This document shows positions 19,110 to 27,277 of a stretch of DNA of 51,987 nucleotides, piece by piece. The notes under the pieces are model-generated. The model was not told the origin of the DNA. It worked only from the letters and a program-made list of their open reading frames with translations, and did not search any database. The stretch comes from a virus. Lineage: Duplodnaviria; Caudoviricetes. Each line of letters begins with the position of its first letter. Within the stretch, counting starts at the first letter, position 1. The position numbers and the translations under genes were made by a program. The stretch covers positions 1 to 51,987 of the IMG/VR virus record IMGVR_UViG_3300037070_002091. One strand, written 5' to 3'.

Positions 19110-19680
19110 TCTCTACGCCTCGCCGGTGGCCGCGGCTTCGTCGATGGTAGGCGCCAATGAGCGTGACGCGGCCGTGGCCGACTTCCTCCGGACCGGCGGC
19201 GCCAATCTCGACCCAGCGACGCAGGCCTGGTGCGCCGCTTTCGTCAATGCGAGCCTCGGCCACGCGGGAGTGCAGGGCACCGGCGCCATGAACGCGCGAT
19301 CGTTCCTCGATTGGGGGCAGCCGGTCGACCAGCCGCAGCCTGGTGACGTCGCGGTCTTCTCCCGCGGCGACCCGGGCGGCTGGCAGGGTCACGTCGGCTT
19401 CTTCGAGGGCTTCGGCCCCGGCGGGCAGATCAACGTCCTCGGGGGCAACCAGGGCGACAGCGTCAGCGTCGCTGGCTTCGACCCGAGCTCGCTGCTAGGC
19501 TTCCGCCGTGCGCCGGGCGACCCCAGCGCGGCGCGCCAGAGTGGCGGCCTCGACGATCTCTACCTGCCGCCACAGCAAGCCCAGGCCGCGCAGGAGCCCA
19601 ACGAGCAGACGGCGCGCGCTGAAGCGGAGAAGCTCAAGCGCAAGGCGTTGTTCGATACGCTGCCGGGCTTGTATGGTTAG
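19096..19680 (+). CDS. TIGR02594-type NlpC/P60/CHAP-like peptidoglycan hydrolase
   Basis: AWCAAFV, ARSFL.WG, GHVGFF and LGGNQ motifs. Confidence 0.88.
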   Translation: MALTDLYASPVAAASSMVGANERDAAVADFLRTGGANLDPATQAWCAAFVNASLGHAGVQGTGAMNARSFLDWGQPVDQPQPGDVAVFSRGDPGGWQGHVGFFEGFGPGGQINVLGGNQGDSVSVAGFDPSSLLGFRRAPGDPSAARQSGGLDDLYLPPQQAQAAQEPNEQTARAEAEKLKRKALFDTLPGLYG

Positions 19681-19690
19681 GAGATAGACA

Positions 19691-20917
19691 ATGGCCGTCG
19701 CTGCCGCAACACCCATCACCCTGTCGGCCTCGTGGACGCTGCTCAGCGACGCGGGCGACACCTGGATCATCGACGTTCTCCAGGGTGACGCTCTCGTCGC
19801 CTTCTCATCGGGCACGCCGGGGGCCACCGTGCAAGGCCACGCAGTCGTGTCAGGCGAGACACTGGCCCCCGACACCGGCCTCGCCATCTACGCCCGGTCG
19901 AACGGCGGGACGGCGATCGTCAGCATGTCGCAGGTATCCGATGGGGGCGGAGGCGTAGGGGGCGGCGGGGACGCCTCGGCCGCGAATCAGACGACGATGA
20001 TCGCTTCGCTCAGCGTCATGGATGATTGGGACGAGACTGACCGAGCGAAGGTCAACCCGATCGTCGGTCAGGCCGGCGTAGCCGCGGGCGCGGGCCCGGT
20101 CAGCGCGACGGTTCAGCGGCATACTCTCGCCTCAGACGACCCGGCGGTGACGGTGCTCGGAGCGCAGGCGGACGCTGCATCGGCCTCGACGTCGATCAAG
20201 GGTGCGCTTCGCGGTATCGCGACGGCGCTGGGCATCACCGCTCTGGACTTGGGCGCCGGCACGGGCGGCACGCGCACGATCCGGACTATGCTCGACTCGG
20301 CGTCGACACTCGTCCTCGCGGCGGGCACCGCTCTCGTCGGTAAATTCGGCATCGACCAGACCACCCCAGGCACCACCAACGCCGTCGCGCCGATCAGCGG
20401 GCAGGCGGGCGTGGCCGGGGGTGCTGGCGCGATCACTGCCCTGACCCAGCGCGTCGTTCCGGCGTCGGACACGACGTTCGGCTATACCAGCACGGCGTCG
20501 TTCACCCCAGCGGCGGCCTCGCACGTGGGCAACGACGTCGTCGGTGGAGCGCAGAGCTTCGCGTCGATCGGCCCGAGTGCCGGGCTGATTAGGATCATCG
20601 GCGCGACGCTGGAGATCGACAACTCCAGCGCCGAGGCAACGGCGTGGCGGCTGCATCTCTACAACGTGACGCCGACTTCGGCCATCGCCGACGATGGTGC
20701 CTGGAACTACGCCGACACCGACCGGTCGCAGTACCTCGGCTACGTCGATTTGCCGTCGACCGCTACCGATCTCGGTTCGAATCAGTGGGCGGAGGCCGAT
20801 CCTGGCAAAACTATCAGGCTCTCGGGGACGGGTGTCTGGGGCTACCTCACGAACCTGACCACGCTGACACCCGGCGCCGTCGTGCATAAAGTCACTCTTC
20901 ACGCGGTCTCTATCTGA
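19691..20917 (+). CDS. Virion structural / fibre-like protein
   Basis: Ala/Gly/Thr-rich; GGDASAANQ and a twice-repeated PI.GQAGVA.GAG…QR segment. Confidence 0.6.
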   Translation: MAVAAATPITLSASWTLLSDAGDTWIIDVLQGDALVAFSSGTPGATVQGHAVVSGETLAPDTGLAIYARSNGGTAIVSMSQVSDGGGGVGGGGDASAANQTTMIASLSVMDDWDETDRAKVNPIVGQAGVAAGAGPVSATVQRHTLASDDPAVTVLGAQADAASASTSIKGALRGIATALGITALDLGAGTGGTRTIRTMLDSASTLVLAAGTALVGKFGIDQTTPGTTNAVAPISGQAGVAGGAGAITALTQRVVPASDTTFGYTSTASFTPAAASHVGNDVVGGAQSFASIGPSAGLIRIIGATLEIDNSSAEATAWRLHLYNVTPTSAIADDGAWNYADTDRSQYLGYVDLPSTATDLGSNQWAEADPGKTIRLSGTGVWGYLTNLTTLTPGAVVHKVTLHAVSI

Positions 20918-21588
20918 TGATCTCCTCTCTTCGCCCGGGGGTGTCCTACGCGCTCCGCTACCCACCGGTCCCTTCGCGCGTCCCGATCTTCAAGACCACG
21001 CTGACCGACACGACGGATGCAGACACCTCGACGTTCACCGAGGTCGACATCGGCGTGCCGCACCCGCGGCGGGTCGTGATCCTGGCGACGATGCACGGGG
21101 TCATCGCCAACGTCACGGCGACGGTGCAGGGCAGCCTCGGCAGGGTGTCGTCTGCCTCGCAGAGCAGCCGCTACACGTCGATCATGTCCTACCGGGTGCC
21201 AAAGGGGTTCACGACGGAGATTGTCGTCACCTCAGCCGCTTCGTTGCGCAAGGCAGTCGGGGTCTTCGTTGCCTACCCGCTATCCCACCTGATCGAATCC
21301 AGCGACGACACTACCCAGGCCACCACGACAGATGCGGTTCTGACAGTTAACGGGATGGCCGATGGGTTCGTCATCTACTCCGGCGCGCAGCTCAACATCC
21401 TCGGCGCCTTCGGTGCGACCTGGAGCGGAACGGATGCCGCAGTCGAGAGTGTCGACGCGCAGCTCGAAGCCACGAGCTCCTACTCCTTCGGCTATGTGCC
21501 GCTGACCCAGACCCTAGTCGGGGCTACCCTGACCATTGCCGAAACCACTTCGGGTACGAAGCACGCGACCGCCGCTGCGTTCCACTAG
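20917..21588 (+). CDS. Hypothetical beta-rich structural protein
   Basis: Coupled start, Thr/Ser-rich; last gene of the structural operon. Confidence 0.65.
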   Translation: MISSLRPGVSYALRYPPVPSRVPIFKTTLTDTTDADTSTFTEVDIGVPHPRRVVILATMHGVIANVTATVQGSLGRVSSASQSSRYTSIMSYRVPKGFTTEIVVTSAASLRKAVGVFVAYPLSHLIESSDDTTQATTTDAVLTVNGMADGFVIYSGAQLNILGAFGATWSGTDAAVESVDAQLEATSSYSFGYVPLTQTLVGATLTIAETTSGTKHATAAAFH

Positions 21589-21802
21589 CCCGGTTCTGCC
21601 ACCACGGATTTTCGGCGCGGTTGATGCCGCCGTAGCTCACCGTGAACAGGGGGAGCCGGAACCCCCGGCGTCGCCGCCAGCGACCCTTGCGGGTCTGCTT
21701 CCACTGTATCGCGGCGATCACCGCCCCGCAGCCCTCTTCGTCGACCCGCTCCTGGGCCTCGGATACCCGTATGAGTATCTCTCCGGTTCCGAGTACGAAC
21801 AT
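21524..21802 (-). CDS. Small basic hypothetical protein, divergently transcribed
   Basis: GGAGGAAAGG RBS and a leftward promoter copy at 21840-21868; overlaps the convergent gene by 65 nt. Confidence 0.45.
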   Translation of the reverse strand: MFVLGTGEILIRVSEAQERVDEEGCGAVIAAIQWKQTRKGRWRRRRGFRLPLFTVSYGGINRAENPWWQNRASGTQRRSRASYPKWFRQWSG

Positions 21803-21839
21803 CAGCCTTTCCTCCCCTGCCAGGCCATCACGTCTCCTG

Positions 21840-21868
21840 TATGTATGTCAGTCGTATATCACCGTCTC
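21840..21868 (-). promoter_or_regulatory. Leftward promoter, GACATAC family (weak -35)
   Basis: Minus strand GAGACG-GTGATATACGACTGACA(17)-TACATA, nearly identical to 41732-41760. Confidence 0.6.
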
Positions 21869-21887
21869 CCTCGGTCGGCAACCCCCG

Positions 21888-21917
21888 TTGACAGATTGTC
21901 CGGACAGGTTGTAGGTT
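21888..21917 (+). promoter_or_regulatory. Rightward sigma70-type promoter with tandem GGAC-N5-GTCC-like operators
   Basis: TTGACA-18-TAGGTT; ATG follows 5 nt after the -10, suggesting a leaderless mRNA. Confidence 0.65.
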
Positions 21918-21922
21918 GGCTC

Positions 21923-22216
21923 ATGCTCTCCTTCGATGCAGCCCGGTTCCTCACCCACCACTTTCGCGACAGTTCTGACATCCAGGACGCGGTGCGCGAG
22001 TGTGACGTCGAGCCTCCGTCGCTGGAGCAGATCCGAAAGTGGCGGGAGCGCAACAGCATCCCCGCCGACTGGTTGACTATTTTGGCTTTTATTCTTGAAG
22101 CAAGGACGGGACGCCCCGTATCTTTATCCTATTTCATGGTGGTACCATGTCCAACAAGCCCACAACCGAGCAGCAAGTCCGCAGTTACTGGCGAACGTGC
22201 CACGATCTTCGACTAG
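21923..22216 (+). CDS. Cro/CI-like small DNA-binding protein
   Basis: First gene after the promoter; PSLEQIRKWRERNSIP resembles a Cro-type recognition helix. Confidence 0.6.
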   Translation: MLSFDAARFLTHHFRDSSDIQDAVRECDVEPPSLEQIRKWRERNSIPADWLTILAFILEARTGRPVSLSYFMVVPCPTSPQPSSKSAVTGERATIFD

Positions 22217-22341
22217 CGCGAAACACGAAGATGGACGATACTCTCGAACTTGATGAATTGTCCTACCTCGCGCGGTTCACCAACCTCCCAAGGTTACGCG
22301 CGGCCTGCCTCTCGCACCTCCACTGCACGGTCACAGCATGA
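22147..22341 (+). CDS. Hypothetical protein
   Basis: 64 aa; stop coupled to next ATG. Confidence 0.5.
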   Translation: MSNKPTTEQQVRSYWRTCHDLRLARNTKMDDTLELDELSYLARFTNLPRLRAACLSHLHCTVTA

Positions 22342-22577
22342 AAGACGACAGTTGGAAAGGCGAGCACCTGATTCGCAGCGTTCCGCGCGCCGCCCATAAT
22401 CCGTTGGGCGGAATCCAGCGGGACGCGCAAGGCAAGCGCCGCAACGCACCTTACAAGATATGCGCCGTGCCTAACTGCGGGCGCCGGCTGTCGCAAGCGA
22501 ACCATTCGGACGTCTGCCGGCGCCACAACCACGCCGTCGGCTACTGCCACTGCACTGAATGCCGGATGCGACGGTGA
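22338..22577 (+). CDS. Small Cys/His-rich putative Zn-binding protein
   Basis: CAVPNC…CRRH…CHCTEC. Confidence 0.6.
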   Translation: MKDDSWKGEHLIRSVPRAAHNPLGGIQRDAQGKRRNAPYKICAVPNCGRRLSQANHSDVCRRHNHAVGYCHCTECRMRR

Positions 22578-23065
22578 AAGTCCTCGGCGTCGACCCGGGG
22601 GCGACCGGGGCCTTCGTGATGCTCAGCGAAACCGGGCTGGTCGTGCTCGACATGCCCACGTTTCTCATCACGCGCGGCCGGTCCGAGAAGGCCGAGGTCG
22701 ACGTGCGCCACCTCGCCGAATGGCTTGCAAGCTTGAGGCCCGACGTTTGCTACTTCGAACAGGTCGGCGGAATGAAGGGGCAAGCGGCGGGCGCCGCGTT
22801 CAACTTTGGCCGCAGCACGGGCCTGGCCGAGGCCGCCGTCAAGCTCTCGGGCGCCCGGTTCGTTGCGGTTCCACCCGCCACCTGGAAGCGGCGCATGGGG
22901 TTGCTCGGCGCCGGCAAGGACGCGGCGCGGCAAATGGCGGCCAACCAGTTCCCCGACGCCGCGGCGTTCTTTCGCCGTGCCAAGGACGATGGCCGAGCCG
23001 AGGCGGCGCTGCTCGCAGAGTACGGTCGCCGCATCGAGGCCCCCAAAGAGGACATCTTCGCATGA
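22559..23065 (+). CDS. RuvC-like Holliday junction resolvase
   Basis: VLGVDPG, YFEQV, AFNFG, P..WK and DGRAEA motifs. Confidence 0.9.
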   Translation: MPDATVKVLGVDPGATGAFVMLSETGLVVLDMPTFLITRGRSEKAEVDVRHLAEWLASLRPDVCYFEQVGGMKGQAAGAAFNFGRSTGLAEAAVKLSGARFVAVPPATWKRRMGLLGAGKDAARQMAANQFPDAAAFFRRAKDDGRAEAALLAEYGRRIEAPKEDIFA

Positions 23066-23259
23066 ACGAACCCTACGACGGCCCGAGCCGCCTCACCGGC
23101 GAGATCGCTACCGCCAAGTACGCTGAGACGGCGGTGCTCAAGCTGCCTGCGACCGGGCAGTCCGTGCGCGGCCTGGTCCTGCAGCGACACGAGCTTGGAC
23201 AGGTCACGATCGAGTGGGCGGGGATGCGGATCACCGGCTTTCCGGAGCCGACAGCGTGA
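23062..23259 (+). CDS. Hypothetical protein
   Basis: ATGA overlap with RuvC, GAGGA RBS, 65 aa. Confidence 0.6.
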   Translation: MNEPYDGPSRLTGEIATAKYAETAVLKLPATGQSVRGLVLQRHELGQVTIEWAGMRITGFPEPTA

Positions 23260-23588
23260 CTCGCACGCCACTCCCCGCCCGTCGCATCAGTCGCCTCGTC
23301 GATATCCAGTTCGACGGGCGTAGTTACACGATCTGCGTGGGCTACGACGAGGCAGGGCAGCCGCGTGAGGCCTTCGTCGACGGAGCCAAAGAGGGCTCAG
23401 GCATGCGCGCCATGCTCTCAGACGCCTGTATCCTCGCGTCGATCGCGCTCCAGTATGGCGCCAAGCCTTTCGAGCTCCGCCACTCTCTCGGCATGGTCCC
23501 CGCCTTCCACGATGGCCGGGAGACGCAGATCCGCGCCTCGCTGATTGGCGTGCTCATCGACGCCCTGGTGCCCATCACCGAATTTTAA
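23256..23588 (+). CDS. Stand-alone TSCPD-like domain (C-terminal domain of class II ribonucleotide reductase)
   Basis: R..LP.RR start, VGYDEAGQPREAF, K.GS and ASIALQYG motifs. Confidence 0.75.
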   Translation: MTRTPLPARRISRLVDIQFDGRSYTICVGYDEAGQPREAFVDGAKEGSGMRAMLSDACILASIALQYGAKPFELRHSLGMVPAFHDGRETQIRASLIGVLIDALVPITEF

Positions 23589-23597
23589 TTGTATGTC

Positions 23598-23626
23598 TTG
23601 ACGGACGACTTGTCCGGGCGTACACC
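23598..23626 (+). promoter_or_regulatory. Promoter of replication genes with operator palindrome
   Basis: TTGACG-17-TACACC; CGGAC-GACTT-GTCCG across the -35 and spacer; GTATGTC box at 23591-23597. Confidence 0.65.
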
Positions 23627-23651
23627 CAGCAACGACCGACACGGACCGCAC

Positions 23652-24065
23652 ATGACCCTGACCCTGACCCTCCACGGTGAAACGCTTGGCAATGTCATCG
23701 ACCAGATGCGTTTCCTGCTGGACACCGTCGAAACAGACGAGGGTCGGGCTCTCCTGGCGGCGATGCACGGAGAAATGCCCGCAGCGCAGCGCAGAGCGCC
23801 GCTGGAGCACTTCATCAGCCCCGAGGCTATCGAGGCCAGCGCAGATGGACAGGCGTCCGAGTGCAGTTCTGACGACGTCCGCGCGGCGCTGAAAGAGTAC
23901 GTGTCGCGCTTCGGCGAGGACGCCGCGGTCAAGCACATCCCCACGATCATCGGCTGGAACCGGATCTCCGAAGTCCCGCCCGAAAAGCTCTGGCGCGCCA
24001 GAGCCGCAATTCACGTCGCCATCCAGTCCGGCAAGCCTGCCGGTCGCAACCCCAGAAGAGGATAA
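23652..24065 (+). CDS. Hypothetical replication-module protein
   Basis: MTLTLTL start; C-terminal VRAALKEYVSRFG similar to the next gene. Confidence 0.65.
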   Translation: MTLTLTLHGETLGNVIDQMRFLLDTVETDEGRALLAAMHGEMPAAQRRAPLEHFISPEAIEASADGQASECSSDDVRAALKEYVSRFGEDAAVKHIPTIIGWNRISEVPPEKLWRARAAIHVAIQSGKPAGRNPRRG

Positions 24066-24069
24066 TCGC

Positions 24070-24591
24070 ATGGGTATCACTGTCACGATCGAAGCCATCA
24101 GCGCGGATGAGGCGCGCTCCGAAATGCAGCGTCTCCTTGGCGGCACGTCGACCGGCCTCGCGAGCGCCACGGACCGCTTCGATGTCTCGGGCAACGAAGT
24201 CGTCGCGCCCGCGGTTGTCGTCACCGCCCCGGCCGTCGAAGCCCCGAAGCGCGGCCGCGGTCGTCCCGCCGCCGCGACGAAGGCCCCCGAGCCCGAGAAG
24301 ACCCCGGAGCCTGCCGCCGCGCCTGCTGGCAACCTCTTCGACGAAGATGAAGACAAAGACAAAGACGAAACCGCGGAGCCCGATGACCTGATTGGCGGCT
24401 TCGTCATCACCCCCGAAGGCGTCAAGGCGGCGATGACGCGCTATAGCGAGGTCTTCGGCATCGAGAAGTCCCGCGAGAACCTCCCCGGCATGCTCGGCTT
24501 CCCGAAGTGGTCGTCGCTCCGGGACGAGGCGACGCCGGAGCAGGTAGCGGAGGCTCTCAAAGCCATCACCACGGCCCTCGCGGCGGCTTGA
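24070..24591 (+). CDS. Hypothetical replication-module protein
   Basis: GAGGA RBS; Pro/Ala linker, AT-hook-like KRGRGRP, acidic patch; precedes DUF2800. Confidence 0.75.
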   Translation: MGITVTIEAISADEARSEMQRLLGGTSTGLASATDRFDVSGNEVVAPAVVVTAPAVEAPKRGRGRPAAATKAPEPEKTPEPAAAPAGNLFDEDEDKDKDETAEPDDLIGGFVITPEGVKAAMTRYSEVFGIEKSRENLPGMLGFPKWSSLRDEATPEQVAEALKAITTALAAA

Positions 24592-24593
24592 CC

Positions 24594-25931
24594 ATGTCAA
24601 CGCACGGGGCACGCGAGCACGCACGCTGGAGCGCATCATCGAGCGCGCGGAACTTCGCGTGTCCCGGGGCGCTGGCGCTCATCGAGAAGATGGGCTTCGT
24701 CGACAAGGAGAGCCGTGCCGCGGCATGGGGCACGGTCTGCCACCAGGTTGCAGAGATATGCCTCCACGACGGCAAGGACGCTGCGGACTTCGTCGGCTCG
24801 ACCGTCACGGCGAAGGACTTCTCCTTCGAGTTCGACGACGAGATGGCCGAGACGACGCAGGTCTTCCTCGACTACGTGCGCGGCCGGATGGAGGAGTACG
24901 AGCAGACCGCTCGCGACGACGCGAACCCGCACGAGACCAGCCCCGCCACCCTGCTCATCGAGCAGAAGTTCGACCTCGCCCCCCTCAACCCGCCCTTCGA
25001 GGCCGGCGGCACGGGCGACGCCGTCATGCTCTTCCCGGCGTGGGGGCTCATCGAGGTCGTCGACCTCAAGACGGGCCGGGGCTGGGTAGACGCCGTCGGC
25101 AACCCGCAGACCCGCACCTACGCCCTCGGCGCCGCCCTCGCCAACCCCGGCGCGTGGAGCGCTGTGAAGTCGACGATCGTGCAGCCCCGCGCCAGCGGCG
25201 ACCCCATCCGCAGTGAGACGATCGACGTTATCGACTTGATGGACTGGACGACCGACCTCATCGCTGCGATGAACGATTGCGGGGAGGCGATGGCGATGCT
25301 TGAGTGCGTCGGCGGCGTTGTCTTCGGCTCCCTCGATACGGAGGAGGAATGGGCCGCGGGATATCTGCGCCCCGGCGACCACTGCCACGACACCTATTGC
25401 CCCGCAGCGAAGGCCTGCCCGGCCCTAGAGGCCCGCGCGCTGGCCGCCGCCCGCACGCTCTTGCAGCCGATCGCCGACGGTGAGTTCGCCGTCCCGACGC
25501 CGCCGGAGCCGCGCACGCTGCCCATTGAGAAGATCGTCGCCGTCCTCGACGCCGCAGACATGATCGAGGGCTGGCTCAACAGCGTCCGCGCCTACGCTCG
25601 TGAACTCGTCGAGGGGGGCGTGCCAGTGGGCAACTACATCCTCGTCGACAAGCAGGCGCGACGGAAGTGGAAGGACGCTGACGCCCCGGCGAATGTCGCA
25701 GCGGAAATCTCCAAGACGACGCACATCTCGACGAGCGCCTGCTTCACCGAACCAGTGCTCAAGAGCCCCGCGCAGATTGACGCCCTTGTTGGGAAAACCG
25801 GGGCGAAGCTCATCACCGACCTGTGGACCAAAGAGAGCAGCGGCACGAACCTCGTGCGCTCCGACAAGACGACGCGCCCGGCCGCGCTGCCGGCCTCGCA
25901 GAAATTCTTCCAACCCATCAACGAGGAGTAA
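24594..25931 (+). CDS. DUF2800 Cas4-like PD-(D/E)XK exonuclease
   Basis: HARWSAS…CPG, GT..H, GTGD, VDLKTG, NPQ..YALG, HC…CPA…CPA. Confidence 0.9.
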   Translation: MSTHGAREHARWSASSSARNFACPGALALIEKMGFVDKESRAAAWGTVCHQVAEICLHDGKDAADFVGSTVTAKDFSFEFDDEMAETTQVFLDYVRGRMEEYEQTARDDANPHETSPATLLIEQKFDLAPLNPPFEAGGTGDAVMLFPAWGLIEVVDLKTGRGWVDAVGNPQTRTYALGAALANPGAWSAVKSTIVQPRASGDPIRSETIDVIDLMDWTTDLIAAMNDCGEAMAMLECVGGVVFGSLDTEEEWAAGYLRPGDHCHDTYCPAAKACPALEARALAAARTLLQPIADGEFAVPTPPEPRTLPIEKIVAVLDAADMIEGWLNSVRAYARELVEGGVPVGNYILVDKQARRKWKDADAPANVAAEISKTTHISTSACFTEPVLKSPAQIDALVGKTGAKLITDLWTKESSGTNLVRSDKTTRPAALPASQKFFQPINEE

Positions 25932-25936
25932 CCCCT

Positions 25937-26575
25937 ATGGCTGCATCCAAGATGTACCGCACCGAGCACTTCCGGGGTCCGCTGATGCGGGTCTCCTACG
26001 CCTGGCAGCTGTTCAAGCTGCGCGAGGACGAAGGCTACCGCCCAAGCTACGGCTGCACCCTGATTGCGCCGAACGACGGCTTCGGCCCGATCATCGAGAG
26101 GGTCAAGGAAGTCGTCGTCGGCCAGTGGGGCGAGACCAAGGGGCCGGAGAAGTGGAAGGCAGGGCTCATCAAGAACCCTATCCTCCCGGGTGACGGCAAG
26201 GAGGCGCGGGCCAAGGATACGGGTGAGCTTCACCCCGGCATGGGGGAGGACGTGAAGTTCATCCGCGTCACCAGCGGCGCCGAGCGCAAGCCACTGATCT
26301 TCGCCAAGGACGCCGTGACGCGCATCGACGACCCCGAGGATCTGCCCTCCGGCTCCTGGGTCTATCCTGTGCTCAACTGCTTCGCATGGCACAACGACAA
26401 AAACGGCGACGGCGTCGGCATCGGGCTCGAGATGATCCAGCTCGCCAAGATCGCCACTGGCGATGAAATCCTCGGCGGTAGCGGTCGGTCCGATCCGTCG
26501 AAGTTCTTCGAAGCGATCAAGGACGACTCGGGCGGCGAGAGCAAGCCCGCGTCGGCCGCCGACCTCTTCGGCTAG
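25937..26575 (+). CDS. DUF2815 single-stranded DNA-binding protein
   Basis: RVSY, NPI..GD, SG.W, GVG.GL..IQ motifs; lies between DUF2800 and PolA. Confidence 0.85.
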   Translation: MAASKMYRTEHFRGPLMRVSYAWQLFKLREDEGYRPSYGCTLIAPNDGFGPIIERVKEVVVGQWGETKGPEKWKAGLIKNPILPGDGKEARAKDTGELHPGMGEDVKFIRVTSGAERKPLIFAKDAVTRIDDPEDLPSGSWVYPVLNCFAWHNDKNGDGVGIGLEMIQLAKIATGDEILGGSGRSDPSKFFEAIKDDSGGESKPASAADLFG

Positions 26576-26651
26576 AAACCCGCAGAAAGGAGAACTTGCA
26601 TGGAGCCTTGGCGGCCGACACCGGCCGCCACCCCTTCCCCGGAGAAACCCC

Positions 26652-26891
26652 ATGACCCTCCACGACATCGCCAAGAGTTTCATCGGCATGGACGCGGCCA
26701 TGCTCTCGTTCTCCTACGTCAACGGGCGCTGGCAGGCCAACCTCCGGCTCGCGCGCAGCAGCGGGTGGAAGATCGCCACCGAGGACACGATCGAGGCGGC
26801 CATCGCCGCTGTGCTCGTGCTTGGGCGCGCTGAGGCTGACGCCTACGCGCGACCCGCGCCGCCCGTCGAGGAAGAGGACATCTTCGGATGA
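26652..26891 (+). CDS. Hypothetical protein
   Basis: GGAG RBS; 79 aa ending EEEDIFG. Confidence 0.7.
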   Translation: MTLHDIAKSFIGMDAAMLSFSYVNGRWQANLRLARSSGWKIATEDTIEAAIAAVLVLGRAEADAYARPAPPVEEEDIFG

Positions 26892-27277
26892 CCGGGGAAG
26901 AGACGATGCGGCATATCCGCGAGGACACGCCGCTCAACAAACTCCGGGCGCTTTTCTCCTCGGAGTGCGGGCGGATAGAACAAGCCGGGATGCAACGGAC
27001 CCCGCTAGGCCCCGTCGAAATGCGCGCGATGGAGTTCGACGCGATAGCTCGCATCATGCGCGCGGCGGGGATGACCCTTGACGAGTTCGGCGCCCTGCTG
27101 CGCGAGCACGAGGTCGAAGCCTTCACGCTGCGCGTCGAACGCGGCTGCTGGGTAGCCAGCGTGCGCCGCGGGCATGCCGTCACCTGCGGGCGCCTCTCGG
27201 CTTCGGCCGAGGCCGCGATCCTCGATGCCTTGCATTTCGACCAGACCCCCGTGCCGAACGAGGACGTCTTCGGGTGA
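26888..27277 (+). CDS. Hypothetical protein
   Basis: Coupled at both ends; ends NEDVFG. Confidence 0.7.
   Translation: MTGEETMRHIREDTPLNKLRALFSSECGRIEQAGMQRTPLGPVEMRAMEFDAIARIMRAAGMTLDEFGALLREHEVEAFTLRVERGCWVASVRRGHAVTCGRLSASAEAAILDALHFDQTPVPNEDVFG

Noticed and set aside
21536-21922. N-terminal extension of the 226-aa ORF 21536..22216
   Set aside because: Runs across two promoters and an opposite-strand ORF; a start at 21923 fits better.
24594-25931. Cas4-like nuclease as evidence of a CRISPR system
   Set aside because: Its DUF2800-SSB-PolA context is a standard phage replication module.
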